From positions 35,588,001 to 35,652,000 of the forward strand of contig NW_025964001.1 of NCBI RefSeq assembly GCF_023055435.1: DNA of 64,000 nt, written 5' to 3'. Numbering within the stretch: position 1 is the stretch's first letter; every line of letters starts with the position of its first letter. Shown piece after piece: positions 1-13,360 of the stretch. Source of the stretch: Haliotis rufescens. Lineage: Eukaryota. Under the pieces are notes generated by a model that did not search any database, was not told the origin of the DNA, and saw only the letters and a list, made by a program, of their open reading frames with translations. The position numbers and the translations under genes are program-made.

Positions 1-149
1 TTGATACTCTCAATGTTGATGTTAATGCATAAGGACACCCAAAATATAGTTCGGAGAAACTGTTTAACGCGGAGGATTTATTATGATTTCAAATATTTAT
101 GATATGCATAAATGCTCAGCTTTCTGAATATCAAAACGTTTAGTAGTTC

Positions 150-580
150 AGGTACCTCCAAGAAGAATCCCGCAAGTTAAAAAGGTATCGGTTCGCTGTT
201 TCGGGAACGTCCGTGACATGGAGGGCGGGACGATCCCATCGTGACGAATGGGGACAATCCCAAAGAACCTCCTGTACAGCGAGCTCGCGTACAACAAGAG
301 GGCACCTGGACGTCTTTATCGATGATTCAAATATATATACGTGAGGCTTGAGGGGGCTCGACTGGTGCCAGAAACTCGACGCCTATCACGGGAGATGGAG
401 GCAGGAACTCATGTGAGGACTCAAGAGAGCCGAGGCCAAGCTGGAGCAAGTTGCTGAGGATAAATGACCTCGGATTCAAGAGTTCAACTCCACGAGATTC
501 TATCTACAGGTGTAGCCACTTCAATAGGGATTGTCTTTTGCGAGTAAGCTTGTACAGCCGCTCTGCCAATGCCAATTAAC
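150..580 (+). mobile_element. Degraded 3' fragment of an RTE-like non-LTR retrotransposon
   Basis: Decayed frame reads TIPKNLLYSELAYNKRAPGR (~255-315) and CSHFNRDCLLRVSLYSR (~510-562). These resemble the RIPKxLLYGEL...GRP and C-terminal CxxCxRDCxSRIGLxSH motifs of RTE-clade LINEs. Many stops and frameshifts; boundaries approximate. Confidence 0.55.
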
Positions 581-1040
581 TTTCTACCAAGATTGATGGA
601 TGCCTACACACACAAAATGGAAAAGAATACAAGCCCTGACCACCCTGTACAGAGAAGAATATATCAAAGTGTCCAACGGATACAGTTCGTTATTTTTATT
701 AATTGTAATAGTTGAGCACCTGTTTATGTTGGATAAGAAAGTTGAACCCCTTTACCTCAAGAAATAAATGCTGCAACGGGGGCATTTTGGGCAATTGATT
801 TTCGGAGGGGGGAGGGGTTGGGGGGGGGGGGGGGGGGCTTAGTTGCCCCCTTAGTTGAGTTGACAACATATGTATCCTATTCTCAGAGACCATATACCGA
901 TATATGGTCTCTGCTATTCTTAAAACAGTACTTAGATGTAAAACAATTCAATAGCTTTAGTAAATGGGTATTTATGTTTTCTTATCACTTTTAGTATCTA
1001 TTTCTGTCAATCCTGGTTGGTGTAACATTATTTATCCTGA

Positions 1041-1302
1041 GACCGCCTCCGTGGTCTAGTGGTAGTGCGCCCGGAGAGCGGAAGGTCCGGGGTTCGATCC
1101 CCAGCCGCGTCATACCAAAATACGTTAAAAGATGGTACTTGTTGTTACCCTGTCTGGCGCTCGGCATTAAGGGGCTAAAACAAGGACTGGTCTGCTCGGA
1201 GTCAGTATACTGTGTCTGAGTGGGATATTCATGTTAAACTGCGGCATGGTAACTCAGTGTGCTAGCACTATAAATCCGCATCAGTCCGGACTAGTACAAG
1301 CA

Positions 1303-1369
<67 letters not shown>

Positions 1370-1442
1370 ATGCACGTCGCTATATAAGTGCAATAATCTT
1401 GGACGCGACGTTTAACCCAATTTCACCTCACCTCACCTCACC
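1041..1442 (+). mobile_element. tRNA-derived SINE, family A (Meta/MESC-like core)
   Basis: A-box GTGGTCTAGTGG and B-box GGTTCGATCCC, followed by a core CATACCAAAATACGTTAAAAGATGGTACTTG...GGCGCTCGGCATTAAGGG, an internal (CA)n and a (CACCT)n tail. Imperfect 13-bp TSD ttatttatcctga/ttataaatcctga. Further copies at 1885-2210 and 15630-16040. Confidence 0.85.
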
Positions 1443-1842
1443 TTATAAATCCTGAATGAAAATACAGTTGTTGGTCCTCTTCACGCAGGGATCTTCAAAG
1501 GTAAGGTGTTAAATGCCCCTATGAACAGTATATCAGTTATATCGAGAGGCTTAAGCTCAAAGTGAAAGCAAAGCCCAAAGTGATGCACACCGTCCATATA
1601 TGAAAGATAGGTTTGAACACAGCAATTATTGGAGACATTCAAACGCTCATGCACGAGCCATGCGATATGACGTCATTGATGGGGGCCTATGGACGTGCAA
1701 TGTGTTACTGCACGTGCATCCTGTGCAGCTGTACACAGCATGTGCAACTCAAAATTCGCTGTCACTTTTGAAAGCATGATCTGTGGTCATTCAAAAATTC
1801 AAAACTTCTCAGGCGCAGACACAAGCATATCACAAGCAAATC

Positions 1843-3194
1843 ATGCCAAGATTGACAGCTGCACAGCGTCACGAAGCCATTGGAGATGAGGTGAAATTGG
1901 GTTTAACGTCGCGTCCAAGATTATTGCACTTATATAGCGACGTGCATGCACGTGTGTGTGTGTGTGGCTGCTTGTACTAGTCCGGACTGATGCCGATTTA
2001 TAGTGCTAGCTCACCGAGATACCATGCCGCAGTTTAACATGAATACCCCACTCAGACACAGTAAAACGACTCCGAGCCGACCAGTCCTTGTTTTAGCCCC
2101 TTAATGTCGAGCGCCAGACAGGGTAACAACAAATACCATCTTTTAACGTCTTTTGGTATGACGCGTCCGGGGATCGAACCCCGGACCTTCCGCTCTCCGG
2201 GCGGACGCTTGAAGCCATTGGAATGATCCGAGCGGGAATGAGGCAACAACAGGTAGCAACACATTTCCATTGCCATCGTAACACGATATCGGCATTGGTG
2301 AGGCGTTATCAGAACACAAATGACGTTGCCGACCACCCACGTTCAGGACGTCCCCGAGTAACGACGCCAAGACAGGATAGATGGATTCGAGTTACACATC
2401 TCCGACACAGGTTCCAAACGGCAGTAACGACGTCCCAGACAATTCCTGGAATGCGCCATATCCATCCAAACACTGTCAGGAATCGTTTACGTCAGTACGG
2501 GATTCGACCACGACGCCCTGCCATACGTCCCAACCTGACACACCGTCATCGAGTCAACCGTCTAAGATGGTGTTGAAATCATGTTCGCCAACCTCGAATA
2601 TGGTGGAGAAATGTTGTCTTTACAGATGAATCGTGGTTCAACATTTCCCACAGTGACGGGCGCCAACTTGTCTACCGGCGTTTGGGAGAACGTTATGCAC
2701 GCAACTGTATTGTGGAGAGGAATCGTTTTGGAGGTGGCTCTGTGATGATTTGGGGTTGGATAACAGCACGGCACCGAACCCCTTTGGTGGTTGTTCAGGG
2801 CAATCTCACCGGTGTTGGCTACAGAGATCAGATTCTGAGGCCTGTGGTCATTCCTTTCCTGCAACGTCATGGCCCGGGATTGACATTTCAACAGGACAAC
2901 GCTCGTCCTCACACGGCTAGGGTCGCAATGGATTTCCTTCACCATAACAATGTCATGTTACTGCCATGGCCTGCAATTTCTCCAGATCTCTCCCCAATAG
3001 AGCATGTGTGGGATGAAATGGAGCGCCGTCTGCGTCGTCTTCCACATCCTCCAGGTAACGTCCGTGACTTGGCACAGGATTTGAGAAGGATATGGCAGGC
3101 CATTCCCCAGGCCTTCTATGCCCCTTTGGTTGACTCCATGCGTCGCCGATGCACTGCTGTGATTCACGCACAGGGTGGTCATACCCGTTATTGA
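1843..3194 (+). pseudogene. Tc1/mariner DD34E transposase, disrupted by a SINE insertion and a nonsense codon
   Basis: Frame MPRLTAAQRHEAIG|MIRAG..., paired-like HTH with GRPR, VFTDES, FQQDNARPH, SPDLSPIEHVW (34 residues between D and E) and a GGHTRY end. SINE inserted at 1885-2210; TGA at 2574-2576. A Tc1-like right end lies near 3390, but no matching left TIR was found. Confidence 0.92.
1885..2210 (-). mobile_element. Family A SINE nested in the Tc1 transposase
   Basis: Reverse complement of 1041-1442, slightly 5'-truncated. Perfect 12-bp TSD GAAGCCATTGGA at 1873-1884 and 2211-2222. Confidence 0.92.
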
Positions 3195-3486
3195 CTTTGT
3201 GACTTTGTCGTTTGACCCCCTACTCCATTTTGATCTTCTGACGTCATAGTAACAGATGTTGTTCAGGCCCCGCTGACATTTTCTTATGGTCCGATCATTC
3301 AGCTGCTACAGCGTCTGCATCATTTTCTTGCTCTGTTGTATTTCAATCCAGAATATATTTTCTCCGTACACAGTTTCTTTATGTGGCTAGTATACTTAGT
3401 TTCTTATAATATGTAAGCTTATATCTGTACACGTTTGTTTGTATGTAAAACATGAACCTCTCTTTACTTCCTCGCTTCCTCAACAG

Positions 3487-6400
3487 GAAAACACTATGGC
3501 TTCATTGAAACTGAAGCTCATTTATCACATATAAGGTCGAGCCCCACACCAACGAGTATAACTACAACTACAACTACGACTACGACTACTACCTCAACAA
3601 CTACTGTTGCGCCTAGAATAACAGATCCACGTAAGTTGTCATATGCAATACAGTTCATACTGTTACTCCTAATGTTTCAAGAACAATGTACTTATGGGTT
3701 TTTTTCAATTGGAAAATTCACACGCACATGCGTTTCGGGAACGTATAATGTTATAGGTAAAAAATAGTACATGTTATTTTGATAATCTTCATCATGAAAA
3801 CCCGCAGGCAGGCCATTTTATGTAAATGTAATTCCTAGCTGCGGGTGGGTTATATTTTATGTTACACTTGGTCTGTTGAGACATAAGTTCCGCTAATTGT
3901 CGGATCAATTTCAAATAAAATTGTTTGTGGCGTCAAGTCAAAGGACGTCACGTGGCTTTGAACCGCTTTGCAAACAATGAAAAGAATTGAACAATTGGAA
4001 CAAACTTAGCCACCCAACAAAAACCAAAATTCAAAAACAAAAAACAAAATTCTAACGCTCTAACGCAGTTCCACAATTATTTAATCTCAATGGGCAATGT
4101 CGAACTGTTTCACAAAGTCCCGACTCCCTTTAAGTTCCCGTTATCGTCAATGCTAACCAATGATGGTGAAAACCGTCGGGTTGTTTTTGGGGGGGATAAA
4201 CATCCCAGGCATCAGTTTCTTAACTAAGGATTGATGTACAACTGCATAACACACAACTGCTTGACATGTAGTCCTAGTGGTCTAAGTAGTTGTACGTGAA
4301 CTCTTTTCACTATGCAGGTAAGTAAGGTAGTATAGACTTGAAAAGGATCATTACTCCTTTCATCGCACCAGTGAATCCACCTCAGTTGGGAGATTATAAA
4401 ATTCGTTACTTTGGGAAAAAAGGACTGAGAGGGTACATGTATAGCTTTGTCTGAAAGGAAAACAAATCGATCGCGAATGGACCCAAATCCTGTTGCGTTA
4501 AGCGAACAAGACTGGGAAGAGCTTCCAGTCACTCCAGTAAAGTACAATGGATAGACGAATGGTGTTTAAAGTTGTTCTTGTAGGAACTTTGTTATATTTT
4601 TCTATGACGTTTTCTCAAAAGCTCCAAGTGAGCAAACAGTCCTTAGCTGTAACTGGCTAATCGTCACGGATATTTACCTCGAGTTTCAGAATTTGAACAA
4701 AGTAAGTGAAAAGGCTTGTCAATTTGCTTGGGTAGATTACTTTTACAGCTGGAACATTACCTACTGCGTCTTTTAAACAACATTAACTCACTTCACTAGA
4801 GTAAAAACATAAGAAATATAATATCCCATCTCGTCTAACCTTTCAGTGGAACGTATTATTCCCATTGGAACCACCCAGTACAAAGCTTCTGTAAAAACTG
4901 GAAATCAGGACAAGGCTAGCACGGATTCAAGTGTAACCTTCATAATCCGCGGGGCAAAGGGACAAGTCGAGCACCTCCTTGACGTTCCATTCGTTAATGA
5001 CTTTCAACAGAACGCTGAGGACACCTTTACTGTAAGTTGAACTTCGCAGTTGCTTCTGTTTAATCCTTTTTACAGCTTAAAGGTTTATATCTTGGTATCA
5101 ATGTCACATTATGTAGACAACATGATACCGTAGAGCATCAAAGTCTTACTGAACAATAGGCGTCAATATGATAATATATATGATACAGAAATGTTTGGTG
5201 TAAAGCATTAAATTCTAGATTTAAAACAGGGTTACAATTTTCAAAAAGTGTTCGCTGGATATCATGAACAGAAATGTGTTATAAATTAAATTGTTTGACT
5301 CCTTTCTCAGGGGACAGACAATTAAACAGATAGGCAGGCTTCACAAAAATCGCTTTGATTGTAACGAAGGCATATTATGTCTTTGAAGAAGATACCTTTT
5401 TGGATTGAATGTTTTTTTGTACTTTCCTGGGAGTTTGTTGTGTTTACCAAGCCGATTATGCGGCTACATTGCCTTTAATTATCTTTGTGACATGTTTAGT
5501 TAGTTGTAGGACTCAACACAGGTGTACCTTTTGGGGGGATTTTTAAGGTTTGAGCTTGTTTTGTCCATGTTCTTTTTCATGTAATTCTCTTAAATGCATC
5601 ATTTGTATGTTGACATAATCTCATCTACTATTGTCAGACTGAGGAAGGGGGTATTTGGCATGAATGGTTTTGGCATGAGGAGTAAGGCACTAATTTCTTT
5701 TCATCATTAAATGAATAATGATGAAAATGAATAAGTGCTTTACTCCTCGGCATTTACACAGAAAATATTTTTAATATCAATGCTGACAGTTAGTTTTCTG
5801 GAGCATTTTTTTCACATTTTGAACTATCACTTGTATATTCGGTTGAGTGAGTGAGTGGGTAGGGTTTTTGAACGCCGCCTTTAACAGCATCCTAGAAATA
5901 TCACGGCGGGGGACATTAGAAACTGGCTTTACACATAGTACCCATGAGGGGAATCGAACCCAGATCATCGGCATAACGAGCGAACGCTTTAAAAACTAGG
6001 CAACCCCACCGCCCCTTCAGGTGAGCAACAGTGCCGTGTCACTAATGTTTACATCTGAACATGTTATACAAAAGGTTGTTTGTGTTTAAACAGTATTTTC
6101 CAGAAAGTTATCTCTTTGATTCTGTATTATCTAGAAGTTGTTGATTTGTCCACCATGTTGTTGGATTGGCAGGCGGTGACAGGTTAAAGGGGAAGTGTAC
6201 ACGCAAAAATCACTTTCTTTCTTTTTCTAAACAAAACGCAATTTTAGAATTAATAAGTATCTGTGTTTGAAAATATACACTAATTTTTTTTCACAGTGAA
6301 AGTAGGAAGCTCACAATAGTGTTAAAATGATATGCCGTTATGAGGCCTTCGTTTTACGAGCGAAATAGGCCTGAGTTATCCCCCTTAGATTATGACGTAA

Positions 6401-8542
6401 TTGGTGCCAATTCAACTGGGTCCCTGTCTTTTCTCAACGCAAAAGATATCAAGGACCAGTTTGCGGTAAAACAACATGGTCTACGACACACTCCGGCGCA
6501 GTGGTGACTCAGCATAACACAATTCTGGCTGGCATCTGAGACGCTAGAATCACAAAACTGTACCTACACCACGTGAAGCGGCTCTAACAAAGCATGATGA
6601 CGTCATAATGTTTATCAATTGGCACCAATGACGTCATATTGCAAGGGGCATAAGCCATGGTGTTTTTGTTATCGAAATAGAACACTTGGTAAATGTGAAA
6701 AATATAAATAGTTTTAATGCAAAAAATATGTTAATTAAATATGATGTTTTTTATATTTTTGTCTATGACACTTCTATGTTAACACTTTTAATGTGGAAAA
6801 AGTACAAGAAAAATTGGTTCATTTCCGTGTGAACTTGCCCTTTAAATGGATTGGATGGTCAGGCTCGGGGACATGGTTGATGGCTTGTCATCGTTAGGCG
6901 TTGTTCATGATATTAATGATTTATCTGACTTGGATTATGTTGAGGCCCCTAATATTATTATTGCTTACTGCGACCATAGGCAACAAAGAAATAAACTGAA
7001 AATATTTTAGTAAAACTAAAATTTCTCTGTCTTTGATGAAACATCGGTAACTGAAATCATTTTATTAACAATTCATTTGAAAGTGATCTGTTTGAACAAT
7101 ATTGTTAGCTATGAATTATTGTTCGTTATCAATTATTATATGTGTATTTACCCAATCATCTGCAACCAAGGATGATGATAATGATTATGTTAATCAACCA
7201 ACTCAGATTCTATTTATTTTTCGTTTTCAGTTTAACGAAAAGGACGTTGGACACATAGTAGATTTGAGACTTCATGTTGTCAGATTTGGCTTTGACCCTT
7301 CCTGGTATTGCGAAAAGGTAATTCTTCTTGGAAAAGAATACATATTTACTAAATGTTTTCTTGTTTTTTTAAAGAACTTTAGCTTTCCATCCAACACACC
7401 ATTAGGGAGAAGTTCATAAGTTCGATGCTGGATGCAAATTGAATTTCCTTGATCTTGGAATGAACACTGTCAGCATCCCCTTTGTTGAAATACAACAATG
7501 ATCGTGACAAATTAAAAATCTCACTTCTGGTGTGATCTTATAAATGTTACATAATAAAAAAAAGATGCAATTGTTGTTTGATTATTTTTCCTTCTTTTAT
7601 TTATCTATTTTGTGTTCTTTTTCTTTTCTTTTTTTTCGTGCGGGGGAGGGAAGGGAGGGGGGCGGAGGGGAGTTGATTGAACATGGCGGTGGGCCGTCCT
7701 GGTGAGTCACTGGTTGAAGAGTCAGCTCGTAAGTGCTTATAACACTCTTATTATTATGCGCACATCATTTTTTCTTTCAAAGTTATACCGCACTGGACAA
7801 ATGTTTTCCAAACCAGAAGTGATGTTATTAAACTGGAAGTGTTTATTGTTTTGTTTATTTAGGTAGCTAGAGGCACAGTATTGTGGTACTCGGCATGCGT
7901 TGTGGATGTGATGCCATTATCTACGTGTCAATAAGGATAACAATTTATGGATGAACAACTTCTTTATTACAATTAAGAGCAGGTTCTAACACCGTTAAAA
8001 AGCAAGTGATACGTGTCAGGTTAACGTGAGGAGGAAGTCCCTAAGTAACGCAGGTCATAGTAGTTTACAACTTTGGTGAAATCAACGTATGTTGGTGACA
8101 AAGGATTCTAATTTGGACGAATATAAGATCTGGGGAGACAAGGGTGTCAATCGTGTAACCGAAAAAGATCAGCGGATCATGACACGACTAGGAGACAATT
8201 CTGGACGGCGAATTGAGATGCCTTCTGTGCTCAAGATGACCATGCTTGGCAACTTGATGATCATTAATTAATGCATTGGGAAAATAATTCGAGCCTGATA
8301 GCTTGACTGAAATATAGCAGAAATAATATGCTTGTTATTACGCCTTTGAAGCAGTGTTATATCATCATTTATCGTTTCATTCCATTCAGGTGATGTTAAC
8401 AACTCATACACACAAGAAGTATGGCATCAAGACAAGTATGTTTATATCGACGGTGAAAAAATGGTTTGCGCCTGATGTTGGATTGGACTTTTTCAGAATA
8501 GACGCAGACGAAAAGGCGATACATTTTACAAAAATACAGTGA
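3487..8542 (+). CDS. Gene A (3' exons): Thr-rich linker + C-terminal PLAT/LH2 domain protein
   Basis: Phase-compatible GT-AG exons: 3487-3630 (SSPTPTSITTTTTTTTTTSTTTVAP), 4847-5031 (YKASVKTGNQDKASTDSSVTFIIRGAKG...NDFQQNAEDTF, a PLAT signature), 7231-7317 (DVGHIVDLRL...PSWYCEK) and 8390-8542 (stop). The 5' end is unresolved; a 33-bp candidate exon lies at 1468-1500. Confidence 0.8.
5845..6016 (-). mobile_element. tRNA-derived SINE, family C
   Basis: Head GGGGCGGTGGGGTTGCCTAG...GGTTCGATTCCC and an (ACTC)n tail. Other copies at ~23383-23486, 25281-25447, 55097-55261, 59445-59618 and 63665-63735. Confidence 0.8.
6188..6841. mobile_element. Non-autonomous DNA transposon (Kolobok-like MITE) with TTAA target duplication
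   Basis: TTAA at 6184-6187 and 6842-6845; imperfect TIRs AGGGGAAGTGTACACG / AGGGCAAGTTCACACG. Absent from copy 2, which shows a single TTAA at the empty site (~25615). Confidence 0.8.
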
Positions 8543-10004
8543 CTAGATATAAAAACAAAAATATCTTCTTTTAAAATGTACGTAATGTTTACAACACGTT
8601 TCTCAATACATTTATTTAAAACAAATGCCCCTCAAATGCACAGGCTTTCCTGATTTGCAAAATCACAAAAACACAAAGTGTACATTTTGAACGAACAATA
8701 AATCGGAAACCGGAAACGATTAAACCATGCAAATAACAACTGAGGAAGAGCCGATATTAAGATCGGTAAGGTGTGTGCACATTTGGCGTATAATGTAAAA
8801 TTTGAAGTCCTTGGTATCAGATCAACAACTATCCAGATGTAAGTCCTGATTATATCATAACCATTGTGGCATACATTACATACTGGACCACATTTACTGT
8901 CCAAGATTTACGGCGATACCTAACATTTTATTAAATTTATGTTTCGTTCCTTTTCGTTATCTCCTGCTGTCTTCTCACTAATTCGGACCCCTGTTAAACC
9001 GGCCACACAGTAGCCCGGTTTAGACAAATTCCCTTACATAAAAGCGAAAAGATCCTTTTTTGTAAATAAAAGCCACTCTTTTATTCAAGAGCAACATATT
9101 TGCTTATTTATTTTAAGAAAGCTTATGACTATGTTGTTAGAAATGCATTATTGGATAGAATATCATACGTTGGTGTTGGAGATTAACTGTTGAATGTCTT
9201 AATATCGCTATGTAAGGATGTGTGTTTTTGCTTTAATGTGAATCCTGGTTTCAAACAGACATAAAGATGACTGTCACAAATACTCTTTTCTGTTGTAAAT
9301 CACAGTCTTTGCTCGTACCATCTTTTCTTGCTGAAAATGAGGCCGAATTATGTCTGTTGCTAGATGCAGTTGAAAAATAGTATTGGAGAAGGAAGCGTGA
9401 TATCAACAGGTTGAAGGTCAGAGGTTGTACATTTCAGAAACCGGTCCATAGTGCAGACGAAGTATGACTTAATGTTAGAAACAATGTAATAGGGTCAATG
9501 AAAAGCTATACTTATCGTGTTGTACTGTTTACAGAACATCCCGATTATACAGCAATGCAGGCGCAGCTACACAATCGAACAATAGGACCCAAGGTTTACT
9601 TTTGATGGTATGGTCTCTCAGGCTTAAAGATCAGACTGAATGTCTAAACTGTTAATGCTGTTCAGAATAGGGCAATTAGATTTATTTTTCTAGGGTGAAA
9701 TATGTCCAAAATGTGATTTGAGATGGATATACAATGTTGTATGACAGTACACATACATTTCTAGATATTGGTGACGTTTTACGTGTCAAATGGACTGAAT
9801 ATATAATGGATAAGAAACATTTGAATAAAATTAACGATTTCAAAAAAGGAAAGTTCAAGAAAGGGTGTTTTATTGACAAATTAATTTTATCTTCTGAAAC
9901 GAAGCGTGTATGTATTAATACGTACTTATGCTCTGAACAAGGAACAAAGTCACTAAGGTTGAAATGAAAAATTTTAAAAAATCAAAATGTTTAGAGTTGG
10001 CACG

Positions 10005-10285
10005 GGGATCGGGGTGGGGGCAGTCCTCTAAGGCGCCGTAATTTTCTGTGCAGAGTTGCGTTCTTTGGCCACGCCAGAAACCTATGATCGTGAGTCCATA
10101 TCCCGGTTCGCCCCGACCATGTGTCTGGATTTGTCATCATAGTACACGTGCTAGTGAGTTTCATCAAAGTGGTAAACGACTGAAACTTCAACACTTCGGG
10201 CTTTCCTGCCAAGCTGACACGCCGTGATATAAATGGAATACTATTCAAAACAGCGTTAAACACAACACACTCACTCACTCTCTCA
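10005..10285 (+). mobile_element. tRNA-derived SINE, family B
   Basis: Family consensus GTGGCCCAGTCGTCTAAGGCGC...GTGGGTTCGAATCCC...GCTGACACGCCGTGATAT...(ACTC)n, somewhat decayed in this copy. Other full or partial copies at ~16435, 17930, 19185, 22086, 38913, 44181, 45770, 47025, 51057, 52845, 53143, 54333, 56050 and 62300. Confidence 0.8.
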
Positions 10286-11279
10286 CCAACTGTTCAGATG
10301 AGATTGAGAGGGGGGCATCTGTATTGTTTTACCACGGATGTTTTAAGATGGCAGAAGGGAAGATCCTGGAGAAAATGGTATTAGAATAGATTTCGGTAGT
10401 TTTATCTTATCTTCCTAGAAGAGTTTTTTTTGGATCCACGATTTTGCCAACTGATTTTTGCTAGGTAGATTATTACTTGTATGTATATTTATAAGAGCAT
10501 AAATACTTAAACACACAATGAAATATTTCCAGGGGCAACTAGAAAGTGGAGATACAGACTGTTTACATACCTACGTGAGACTTGTGTAAAATGTCGTTCC
10601 ATTAGGTGTAACTAAATACTCGCTGTTTCTATAACATAGCCTCAAATACAGAATTACACTTTGAGTACTCAAATCATAGATATGATTATTCATGATGTCT
10701 TGGGTTTGGTCTCGATCACATTACCGTGGAGATGACTAATCAATCAGGAATGTGCCTTTCAAGGAAACAGGAGACATCAAGTATTCTCACTGAACTGCTC
10801 ATGCTGTCAGATGTTTAGTGACCTAGTCATATAATTTTCACCGTTATTTCGCCTTACACGGCCAGAAGTATCTGTTTCGTTTCATAGTTTCGAATGAGGT
10901 CACGATCTATAGACGTCCCATGAAGAACCATTGTTCAAATCTTTGTTTAATTCGGGACAATCACAGCAGTTTCCAATCATTAAAGTTGAACTATTGGTAA
11001 CTACCCGAACACCCGTCATATGTCATTACTTTGTTAAATGTTAAGGTCCCTTTAAGGCTGAAGGAAAATAGTCGGCAATATGAAATGTTTTCGTATGTAG
11101 CTATTGCTTTGTTGTTGCCACATTTGTTATATTGTAGCAATATTGTAGCAATATTGTAGGCAACTTTTAGCACAGATTTAGTATCATCATGAAACTGTTT
11201 TTGTTGCTTATTGTTTTGTTATAGCCTATGAATTTATTTCATATTTTTTTATATGTGTAGCTTGTCTTTTGCAAAATCA

Positions 11280-13360
11280 TTGTAGCCTCGGGTTTAAAAG
11301 GTCAATATTTTCCCTTGTAGCCATGTGTTTCAAATGTCCGCAGGTTACCTCATAGCCATGTGTGTAAAATACCCATTTCTTTGATGTAACTATGGGTTTA
11401 AATTATCAATTGATTTCATGCAGCCATGGGTTTTGGAGACAATTTGCTTCAACTAAACTAACAATCAAAGTTTCACCATCAAAGGCTTGGTTGCGTCACT
11501 TGAGACACTTTCTGGTAGACATTCACGGGAATGTGCTAAATATGACACTGTTTTGTCAACATGATTCGCGATCCTTGCTATGACCTTGGCATGGATTTTT
11601 CACAACTCCTGACAAACCAGTACTTTGATAAGTACTGGCGTTGACGTTTTGAATTTAAAGTGTCCATAGTATTCATTGTGGCCATTGGTTTTGTGTGTCC
11701 ATTGGTTTTGTGTGTCCATTGCTTTCAATGTAACCATGGATGTAGTATATCAATTACTTTCATTGCTTGTATGGGTTTAGTTTGTCTATTGCTTTCATTG
11801 CCAGCATCGGTTTTAGTGTGTAAATTACTTTCATTGTAAACATGGATTTAGTGTATGAACTACGTTCAATGTTAGCGTGGATTTAGTGTTTCCACGGGTT
11901 ACACTGTAACCATCGGCTTTAGTGTGTCAGTTACTTCCATTGTAGCCGGGGTTTAGTGTCTCCATGGGTTTTGCTGTAACCATAGATTTGAGGGTGCCAA
12001 TTACTTTCATTTTGGCCACGGGTTTGGTGTGTCCATTGCTTTCATTGCAGCCATGGGTTAGGTGTGTTCATTGCATTCATTGTAGCCTTTGGTTAAGTGC
12101 GTCAATGGGTTTAGCGTACCCATTACTTTCATTGTAGCCATTGGTTTAGTTTTTCCATTGTTTTCATTGTAGTCATGGCTTTAGTACATCCATGGGTTGA
12201 GTGTGTCCATTGCTTTCATTGAAGCCATGGGTTTAGTGTTTCCATTGTTTTCATTGTAGTCATGGCTTTAGTACATCCATGGGTTGAGTGTGTCCATTGC
12301 TTTCATTGTAGTCATGGGTTTAGTACATCCATGGGTTAACTGTGTCCATTGTTTTCATTGTAGCCATTTGTTTAGTACATCCATGGGTTTAGTGTGTCCA
12401 TTGCTTTCATTGTAGCCATTGGTTAAGTGCGTCCATCGGTTAAGTGTGTCCATTGCTTTCATTGTAGCCATGGGTTTAGTGTGTCCATTGCTTTCATTGT
12501 AGCCATATGTTCAGTGTGTCCATTGCTTTCATTGTAGCTATGGGTTAGGTGTGTTCATTGCATTCATTGTAGCCATTGCTTAAGTGCGTCCATGGGTTTA
12601 ATGTGTCCATTGCTTTCATTGCAGCCATGGGTTCAGTGTGTCCATTGCTTTCATTGAAGCCATGGGTTTAGTGTGTCCATTGATTTCATTGTAGTCATGG
12701 CTTTAGTACATCCATGGGTTGAGTGTGTCCATTGCTTTCATTGTAGTCATGGGTTTAGTACATCCATGGGTTAACTGTGTCCATTGTTTTCATTGTAGCC
12801 ATTTGTTTAGTACATCCATGGGTTTAGTGTGTCCATTGCTTTCATTGTAGCCATTGGTTAAGTGCGTCCATCGGTTAAGTGTGTCCATTGCTTTCATTGT
12901 AGCCATGGGTTTAGTGTGTCCATTGCTTTCATTGTAGCCATGGGTTTAGTGTGTCCATTGCTTTCATTGTAGCTATGGGTTAGGTGTGTTCATTGCATTC
13001 ATTGTAGCCATTGCTTAAGTGCGTCCATGGGTTTAGTGTGTCCATTGCTTTCATTGCAGCCATGGGTTCAGTGTGTCCATTGCTTTCATTGAAGCCATGG
13101 GTTTAGTGTGTCCATTGATTTCATTGTAGCCATTGGTCAAGTGCGTCCATGGGTTCAGTGTGTCCACTGCTTTCATTGCAGTCATGGGTTTAGTGTGTCC
13201 ATTGTTTTCATTGTAGCCATGGGTAAGTGCGTCCATGGATTTAGTGTGTCCATTGCTTTCATGGTAGCAATGGGTTTAGTGTTCCCATAGGTTTTGTGTG
13301 TCGAATGTTTTCATTGCAGCCATGGCTGTTATGTGTCTATTGCTTTAACTTTAACCATCG
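11280..13360. repeat. Satellite/minisatellite array (~35-bp unit GTGTGTCCATTGCTTTCATTGTAGCCATGGGTTTA with ~17-bp subunits)
   Basis: Directly visible tandem repeats, degenerate at the edges. The paralogous array is at 40390-41790. Confidence 0.9.

Noticed and set aside
1041-1110. tRNA-like sequences at SINE heads (also ~55097, 59560, 62300)
   Set aside because: They continue into SINE bodies and tails with TSDs, so they are not bona fide tRNA genes.
9640-9960. Possible LINE RT remnant (NAVQNRAIRF) hosting the Maverick target site
   Set aside because: Only a short motif is recognisable; too decayed to delimit or classify by eye.
13051-13290. Repetitive ORFs (HTKPMATMKAMDTLNPW...), also 40618-41877
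   Set aside because: Translations of satellite DNA; the 35-bp unit does not keep frame and the ORFs differ between copies.
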